Below, one piece after another: positions 35,032 through 41,765 of a DNA stretch of 41,765 nt (its first letter is position 1; the number at the start of each line of letters is the position of its first letter). The DNA comes from an uncultured delta proteobacterium. Its GTDB lineage: Bacteria > Myxococcota > Myxococcia > Myxococcales > Myxococcaceae. Position numbers and translations under genes: made by a program. Location of the stretch: NCBI GenBank assembly GCA_963771175.1, contig CAVYSY010000019.1, forward strand, positions 1-41,765, in the 5' to 3' direction. Under the pieces are notes generated by a model. It saw only the letters and a program-made list of their open reading frames with translations, was not told the origin of the DNA and made no database searches.

Positions 35032-37144
35032 ATGAGAAAGGCATTGCTTGCCGCCTGCTGTCTCCTCGCGTCCGCCTGCAAGACGGTGGAGCCCGCTCCC
35101 ACTTCGCCCCAGCCCCCACCTCTCGCACAGCAGCCGGTGGCCGAGGTGAAGCCGCTGCCGCCCGGTCTCGATGGCGCGGCGCTGAACGAGCAGGCCAATC
35201 CCTGCGAGGACTTCTACGAGTACGCCTGCGGCAACTGGGTGAAGTCCGTGGAGATTCCGGCGGATCGCCCCCGCTGGTCGCGCGGCTTCGACTCCATCTC
35301 GGCGCGCAACGAGGAGATCCTCCGGGAGATCCTGGACGCCGCCTCCACGGGCAAGGCCCCCGAGGGCACGCCCTACGCGCAGAAGCTGGGTGACTTCTAC
35401 GGCGCCTGCATGGACGAGGCGCAGCTCGAGAGCGTCGCTGCCCGCGCTGAAGGCGGAGCTGGCGAAGCTGACGGCGGCGAAGAGCGTCGAAGGACCTGGC
35501 CCAGGTGGTGGGCACGCTGCACGCGCGCCGCGTGTTCCGGCCGCTCTTCACGTTCGCCTCCAGCAGGACCTCAAGGACGCCACCCTGGTCATCGGCGAGG
35601 TGGACCAGGGAGGGCTCGGGCTGCCGGACCGGGACTACTACCTGAAGGATGATGAGAAATCGAAGTCGCTGCGCGCCGCCTACTCGGAGCACATGAAGAA
35701 CATCTTCGTGCTGCTGGGCGAGACGCCCGAGGTGGCGACGAAGAGCGCGGCGACGGTGTTGGAGCTGGAGACGGCGCTGGCCAAGGCCTCCATGACGCGC
35801 GTGGAGCGCCGCGAGCCGAAGAACCTCTACCACCGGCTGGAGCGCAAGGGCCTGAAGGCCGCGGCGCCCGCCTTCCCGTGGGACGTGTACTTCACCGCCG
35901 CGGGCGCCAGGGACGTGCAGGCGCTCAACGTCACGCACCCGCCCTTCTTCCAGGAGGTGGAGCGGCTGGTGAAGACGACGACGCCGGCGGCGTGGAGGCC
36001 CTACCTGACCTGGCACGTACGTGCGCGACGTCGATCCCGGCGCTGCCCAAGGCCTTCCAGGAGGAGCGCTTCGCGCTTCACCGCGCAGAACCTGACGCGG
36101 CGCCAAGGAGGACCTGCCGCGCTGGAAGAAGTGCGTGCGCTTCACCGACGGCGCGCTGGGCGAGGCGCTGGGGCAGCCCTTCGTCACGCCAGACGTTCGG
36201 CGCCGAGGGCAAGACGACCACGCTGCAGATGGTCGAGGAGATCGAGCAGTCCTTCGAGCGCAACCTGGACACGCTGGCGTGGATGGACGCGGCCACGCGC
36301 GAGCAGGCGCTGGTGAAGGTGCGGCAAGATCATCAACAAGATCGGCTACCCGGACAGCGTGGCGCAACTACGACGCGCTGAAGATGGAGCGCGGCTCGTT
36401 CCTGGGCTCGATGCGAGAGCGCATCGGCCTTCGAGCAGGCGCGGCGAGCTCGCGAAGATCGGCAAGCCGGTGGACCGCGAGCGAGTGGCTCATGTCGCCG
36501 CCCACGGTGAACGCCTACTACAACCCGCCGCTTCAACGAGATCGTCTTCCCGGCGGGCATCCTCCAGCCGCCGTTCTTCAACCGCGAGGCCACCGCCGCG
36601 GTGAACTTCGGCGCCATGGGCATGGTGGTGGGGCACGAGATCACCCACGGCTTCGACGACGAGGGCCGCCAGTTCGACGCGGAGGGCAACCTGCGCGACT
36701 GGTGGACGCCGGCCTCGGACAAGGCCTTCCGCGAGCGCGTGGCGTGCGTGAAGAAGCAGTACGACGAGCTACACCGGCGGTCGACGAGCTGAAGGTGAAC
36801 GGGGCGCTGACGCTCGGCGAGAACGTGGCGGACCTGGGCGGCCTGAAGCTGGCGCACGCGGCGATGGATGCGATGGCTGGCCAAGGACGCCGAGGCGGCG
36901 AAGCAGGCCAACAGCTATCGCTTCTCGCCGAGCCAGCAGTTCTTCCTCGGCTACGCGCAGTCGTGGTGCTCGAAGTACCGCACCCCGTTCGCGCGGCAGA
37001 TGGCGATGGTGGACTCCGCACTCGCCGCCGTACTGGCGGGTGAACGGGCCGGTGGTGAACCTGCCGGCGTTCCAGAAGGCCTTCCAGTGCCAGGAGGGCG
37101 CGAAGATGGTGCGTCCGGCCGCGCAGCGCTGCGAGGTCTGGTAG
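35032..37144 (+). pseudogene. M13 (neprilysin/PepO-like) metallopeptidase lipoprotein, many frameshifts
   Basis: Lipobox [66 protein letters not shown] and terminal RCEVW are spread over many frames. Confidence 0.9.
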
Positions 37145-37216
37145 CACCTCGTCGCGGAGCTGTGTGACGGCTCGGCCGCGGGAGCGCTGGAAGGTGCTCC
37201 CGCGGCCCGCTCACCT

Positions 37217-40200
37217 TCAGTCGATGATGTCTTCGCCGAAGAGCTGTCGGGCCGGACGGCGCTCCCACCGGGGCACCACGTCGCGTGACACCTCTCCCTG
37301 GGCGGGAAGCTCCAGCTCCTCGCGGTACAGTTCGGCGTCCTGGCCGGCGCGACGTAGCAGGAGGAGGGTGTACGTCCCCGCCGGGATGAATCGGAAGGTG
37401 TAGGGGCCCTTTTCACTCTCGAGATACGGCGGGTAGGACGACCCCCCCATCCGCAAAAGGGCTTCGAACGAGTCCGGCGCAGGGTGGCTTCCGGGAACGA
37501 GGATGACGCCCAGGTCCGATTTCGTCTCCCCGACCAGCCGCAGCCGCAGCGTGGCGCCAGTCCGGGCTTCCTCCAGATCGAGTGTCACCACGCTCCGGGC
37601 GGGCAGCTCCACGCGCTGGGGGTGGATCGTGTGCGCCCCCTCGCGGCGCATGCCGAGGACCCGCACGACATAGCTGCCCGCGGGCAGGCCACGCAGCTCG
37701 TAGGTGCTCCCGGACATGCTCGCCACCTTCTGGAAGGAGCCGTCCAGGGCCTGGATGAAGACACTGGGCGTGCCCTTCTCCTCGGTGTGCACCGTGCCTC
37801 GGAGGGTTGCACCCATGTCGAGCGCCACCGTCACCTCCGTCTGATTGGGCTCGAGCGCCATCCGCCCCTGCATGTACTCCGGATGTGCCACGACGAGCGT
37901 AAGGGGACGCTCCTCCACGTTGGGAAGGGTGAAGGTGCCATCCCGCTGGGTCCGCACCGCGCCCCGCCGCTCGTTGACGTAGATGCCCAGGTCCGAATCC
38001 ACCGGCTCCGTGCGCATGTCCAACACCGCTCCGGACAGGGGGGCGCCCGTGGCCACGTCCACCACCTTGCCTCGGATCGTGCGCCCGGTGTCGAGCACCA
38101 CCTCGCCGAGCTCGGTGTCCACTCCCTTCTCCACCTGGAGCTCGCGAGACGTACTCGCCAGGCGCGGAGCGCTGAAGACGAGCGTCACCTTGCCGCTCTG
38201 GCCGATGGGATGGGTGAAGGCTCCCCGAGGGTCCTTCACCTCGACGCCATTGAGCTGGAAGCGCGTGACGGGTGTGCCGTCGGCGCGCACCACGCGTCCA
38301 CGGATGGTGCTGAGCTGCGAGAGGACGAGACGCACCTGGGTGTTGCCCGCCTGGACGTCGAGACCCGATTCGTTGCTCTCGCCTTCCGAGAGGGTGGCTC
38401 CGCTCGCCTTCGCGTCGAAGAGATAGCCCTCCTTCAACGCGTTCACCGTGTAACGCCCGGCCGCGAGGTGTCGGATTTGGAAGTGTCCGTTGGCTTCCGC
38501 GACCTGTCGCGCGGCCCCGCGCCGGTAGACAGGCCCGTCGTCCGTCTCATCCTGTTCCAGCTCCCCCGGGCGGGCGATGACGCGGGCCTCCGGAACCGGT
38601 TTCCCCGTCCCATCGACGACGACGCCCGCCAGCGTCAGCCCCGAGGGCAACTGGAGCCGCACCTGGACCGACCCCGTTCCCCGCACCTCGACGGGTCGCG
38701 AGGTCCTCAGCATCCCCACCTCGGCGGAGATGACGTACTTGCCGGCCGCCACCCCCTTGAGTGTGAAGTGGCCCTGTTTGTTCGGGATGGTCTGTTTCTC
38801 CTTCCATGACTCGGCGTCCTGCTCGGGCACGAGTGAGACCTCTGCCTCTGGCGCGGGCGCTCCTGTCTCGTCCACCACGTCTCCCACCACCTGCGCTCCG
38901 GCCGACAGCACCACCTGGATTCCACTCGACGGCGCTGGGACGGGCTGGGTGGCGGGAGTGAAGTCGCCATGGACGGCCAGGAGCTGGTAGCTGCCCGGCT
39001 TCGGGGCCTCGAGCACGAACGTGCCATCCGTCTTGCTGGCCACCTGGCTGTCCACCTCGTCGGTCTCCTCGTTGGCGGGGTTTCTCAGCATGAGCGTCAC
39101 GCCCTCGAGCGGCTCGCCGTTGTCCCCCACTACCCGGCCCTCGACCATGACGGCGTCCTCGAGGACGAAGTCCAGCGTGAGGTTCCCCTTCACCTGCTTC
39201 TCCTGGGACTCCGGGCTCACGTACCGCGGCGCTTCCGCCTGGAAGCGGTACTTCCCGGGCTCGAGGGGTCCGAGTTCATAGGTGCCATCCGGGGCCGTCC
39301 GGGTCTTCTTCCCCTTGCTCCTGTACTCGGCCGAGAGGAACCATGCCGAGACGTCGGCCTCGGCAATGGGGCGGCCGGCCGAGTCGCGCACCGTCCCCGT
39401 CACCCGCACGCCAGTGCCGAGCTCCAGCAGGAGCTCCGAGGCGTCCACGCCAGGCTGGAGCACCGCCTGTCCGGTCGCATCCAGTCCCGAGTGGGTGGCG
39501 TCCACCTCGTACCTTCCGGGCCGCAGGCCCTCGAAGGAGAAGTGGCCCTGCGCGTCCGTGGTGGTGTCGAGCTTGCGGTGCTCGCCCTCGGCGTGCACCC
39601 GGGCGCCCGAAACGGGACGCTCTTCCCACACCACCTGGCCCGCCAGCCGTTGCGGCCGGTGGAGCGTTACCTCCTGCTTGCGATCGGTGGCATCGCGCAC
39701 CTTCGCGTGCTCGGGAAGGAGTCCCTCCCTGGCGAAGACGAGGTTGTAGTCGCCCTCTGGAAGCGGCCCGAGGCGCCAGCGGCCCTCCGCGTCGGAGAGC
39801 GTATCGAAGAAGCGGCTGTGCTCGACGAAGAGCGCGGTGACGAGCGCCCCGGCGACGGGCCGTCCATCATCGTCGGTGAGGTGGCCCGAGAGCGTCACTC
39901 CCTGGGCGACCCGCAGCTCGACGCCCTCCGTGCCCGTCTCGACGTTCTGCTGGAGGGCTGTGCCCAGGGGGCCATCGGCCCAGAGGGCATAGCGGCCCGC
40001 CTCCAGTCCTTCGAGGGAGAAGAGGCCCTGTGCGTCCGAGGTGGTGCGCGCGAGCGGAGGGGCCTCCCCGCGTCGTTCCGCCACCAACTCCACCAGTTGC
40101 ATGGCCGCCATGCCGCAACCGCACTGGAGCAGCTTCATCCCGCAGTGGTTGTCGCACTGGCAGGGCAGCTCGGAGAGCGTCTCGTGCGGGCTGGGGGCGG

Positions 40201-40471
40201 TGGCCACCACCACCGCGCCGGGGACGGGCTCGCCCGTGGGCCCCACCACGGTGCCACGGATGTAGAGGCTTCCTCGAGGGGCGGGGAGGGGCGCACTGAG
40301 GAGCGCATTCACCGGAAGGAGTCGTTGAGCGGAGGTCCGCCCGCCCTCGTGCTGCCCCGTCTCCTCCGCCGTCGGGTCGCTCGCGGGGCCCTCCGTGTCC
40401 AAGCCGCTCGCGTACCAGAGCGCGGCCGCCAGCATGGCCAGCGCGACCCCGACTCCCAGCCACCGACGCAT
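37217..40471 (-). CDS. Membrane-anchored protein with tandem carboxypeptidase-regulatory-like domains
   Basis: N-terminal TM; about nine G.V.D..G.PV.GA.V...TD..G.F.L..L..G.Y repeats. Confidence 0.85.
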   Translation of the reverse strand: MRRWLGVGVALAMLAAALWYASGLDTEGPASDPTAEETGQHEGGRTSAQRLLPVNALLSAPLPAPRGSLYIRGTVVGPTGEPVPGAVVVATAPSPHETLSELPCQCDNHCGMKLLQCGCGMAAMQLVELVAERRGEAPPLARTTSDAQGLFSLEGLEAGRYALWADGPLGTALQQNVETGTEGVELRVAQGVTLSGHLTDDDGRPVAGALVTALFVEHSRFFDTLSDAEGRWRLGPLPEGDYNLVFAREGLLPEHAKVRDATDRKQEVTLHRPQRLAGQVVWEERPVSGARVHAEGEHRKLDTTTDAQGHFSFEGLRPGRYEVDATHSGLDATGQAVLQPGVDASELLLELGTGVRVTGTVRDSAGRPIAEADVSAWFLSAEYRSKGKKTRTAPDGTYELGPLEPGKYRFQAEAPRYVSPESQEKQVKGNLTLDFVLEDAVMVEGRVVGDNGEPLEGVTLMLRNPANEETDEVDSQVASKTDGTFVLEAPKPGSYQLLAVHGDFTPATQPVPAPSSGIQVVLSAGAQVVGDVVDETGAPAPEAEVSLVPEQDAESWKEKQTIPNKQGHFTLKGVAAGKYVISAEVGMLRTSRPVEVRGTGSVQVRLQLPSGLTLAGVVVDGTGKPVPEARVIARPGELEQDETDDGPVYRRGAARQVAEANGHFQIRHLAAGRYTVNALKEGYLFDAKASGATLSEGESNESGLDVQAGNTQVRLVLSQLSTIRGRVVRADGTPVTRFQLNGVEVKDPRGAFTHPIGQSGKVTLVFSAPRLASTSRELQVEKGVDTELGEVVLDTGRTIRGKVVDVATGAPLSGAVLDMRTEPVDSDLGIYVNERRGAVRTQRDGTFTLPNVEERPLTLVVAHPEYMQGRMALEPNQTEVTVALDMGATLRGTVHTEEKGTPSVFIQALDGSFQKVASMSGSTYELRGLPAGSYVVRVLGMRREGAHTIHPQRVELPARSVVTLDLEEARTGATLRLRLVGETKSDLGVILVPGSHPAPDSFEALLRMGGSSYPPYLESEKGPYTFRFIPAGTYTLLLLRRAGQDAELYREELELPAQGEVSRDVVPRWERRPARQLFGEDIID

Positions 40472-40571
40472 CCCTTCCCCCTCTCCGGCGCGAAGCTCCG
40501 CCGCGTGAAACGCACCTCCCGGAGCGTACGACTGGCGGGGCCTTCCGCGTCAATCAGGGACGCGCTGGGAG

Positions 40572-40660
40572 TCAGAAGAAGCTGAGCTGCGTGCCCGGCT
40601 TCATGGGGCGGCGGAAGGGCTCTCTTTCGACTCCCTCGTGGTGTTCAGCCCCACGCGGTA
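40572..40660 (-). pseudogene. Orphan gene 3' end ending in a beta-clamp-like motif (possibly PA0069-type radical SAM)
   Basis: Minus strand reads RVGLNTTRESKES/PFRRPMKPGTQLSFF* with a one-base shift; no upstream gene body. Confidence 0.4.
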
Positions 40661-40683
40661 CATGGGGTGATGGCGTTGGAAGC

Positions 40684-40727
40684 AAAAAAGGGGCGGGAAG
40701 GCTTACGCAGCATCTTCCCGCCCCTTT
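40684..40727 (-). terminator. Intrinsic terminator of the last ORF
   Basis: Minus strand: AAAGGGGCGGGAAG-loop-CTTCCCGCCCCTTTTTT. Confidence 0.8.
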
Positions 40728-40769
40728 AGGCAGAGGGCCGAGTCAGGCCCTTCGAGAACGATGTCGAGG

Positions 40770-41765
40770 CTAGTAGTTGTAGCGGTAGACGTAGACGTTC
40801 GACACCGAGCCGTCGGACTCATACCACGCGACGAGGGGCTGGCCGTTCTTATCGAGGCCCAGGGCAGGCCGGAAGCCGGAGGTCGTGGCGCCCAAGGCCG
40901 CGCTGAGAGGCGTTCCTATCTCCTGCCAGTTGCTTCCATCCCATCGGCTTACTCGGATGGAGGTCTCGGGGGAGGCGTAGGCGCTCCAGGCAACCATGGG
41001 CCGACCGTCGTTACCCATGACCAATGTGGGCTGAGTGTTGCTCGAAGCAGTGCTGGTATTGATTGAACTCCCGAGCAGATTCCATGACGAATCGCTCCAG
41101 ATGGCAGCGTGGACGTTGCTTGCTGGCGCATTGCCTTCTTGCCAGGCGATGACAGGCTGGCCGTTGCCATCCACCGCCAGGGATGCTGGATCTGAACCGC
41201 TACCGTTCTTGGCGGGGCTGGTGACGGGAGCGCCGAGTTGGCTCCAACTCGTGTAGGTGCCCTTCTTCAGCACGGCGTGGGCGCGGTACTCCTTCGTCCC
41301 ATCCCAATCGAGGAAATTGATGGCGATGAACCAGTTACCGGATGCGTCGGTGGCCAGACGGGAGGCGTGCGGCGCCGTGTAGCCTCCAGGCATGCCACTG
41401 GACACTGATTCCCAGACAGTGGAAGAGAGCCCCAGGCGGTAGACTCCAATCTGCTGGACTCCTCCATCAACCTCGTAGGCAGAGACGAGAAGGTTGCCTG
41501 CGTTGTCGAGTGCTGTGGTTGGTTTATAGCGGGTTTGAACAGTACCCAGGTTGAGGGTTGGCAGGCTTTCCCAGGCAGTGCCGGTCCACTTGCTTCCATG
41601 GACATTGTAATCGGAGGATCCACTGGCCACCAATTCATCCCACACCACGATAGGGTGGTTCTCGGCATCGAGGACAAGGACCGGCTTGTTTGCATGGGTG
41701 CCCTCGCCCGTAACCGCGCTTAGCGCGTCCCCGAGGGGCTCCCAACTCATCCCATTCCAGCCCCA
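40770..41765 (-). CDS. C-terminal part of a beta-propeller-like repeat protein (5' end outside window)
   Basis: The frame is open to the window edge; repeats P.L.LD..G.P.VAW.E...V..W.G..W..LG; visibly more AT-rich codons than its neighbours. Confidence 0.8.
   Translation of the reverse strand, partial: WGWNGMSWEPLGDALSAVTGEGTHANKPVLVLDAENHPIVVWDELVASGSSDYNVHGSKWTGTAWESLPTLNLGTVQTRYKPTTALDNAGNLLVSAYEVDGGVQQIGVYRLGLSSTVWESVSSGMPGGYTAPHASRLATDASGNWFIAINFLDWDGTKEYRAHAVLKKGTYTSWSQLGAPVTSPAKNGSGSDPASLAVDGNGQPVIAWQEGNAPASNVHAAIWSDSSWNLLGSSINTSTASSNTQPTLVMGNDGRPMVAWSAYASPETSIRVSRWDGSNWQEIGTPLSAALGATTSGFRPALGLDKNGQPLVAWYESDGSVSNVYVYRYNY

Overview
GC-rich myxobacterial DNA (Myxococcales; an Archangium/Cystobacter-like source is inferred from gene content). 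The left ~740 bp looks like the end of an island: a probable IS terminus that cuts a LanC-like gene remnant, then a displaced tmRNA 3' end (att-like site). A mostly housekeeping block follows (ruvB, lpxC, a DsbA-like lipoprotein, DUF4388, pyrF, pepA, TauE/DUF1634, a TPR protein, a ScfR/RamB-type regulator, serC, an M13 peptidase), mixed with typical myxobacterial lipoproteins. Two systems stand out. (1) A three-gene MNIO (DUF692) + DUF2063 RiPP-type cluster at 21.5-23.4 kb. Its precursor is a small lipoprotein with three 16-aa Cys-containing repeats, preceded by an ECF-type GTAACC-N15-CGTA promoter and followed by an internal terminator. (2) A minus-strand ECF sigma / ZAS-like anti-sigma / exported caspase-like (C14) protease operon at 23.5-33 kb, followed by three large Cys-rich or Ig-rich lipoproteins. 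Many single-base frameshifts, concentrated at 29.9-31.5 kb and 34.5-37.1 kb, are most likely sequencing errors. The right end has a remnant gene 3' end (QLSFF) and a lower-GC partial ORF, possibly a second island boundary. All family assignments come from motif recognition by eye, not from database searches.
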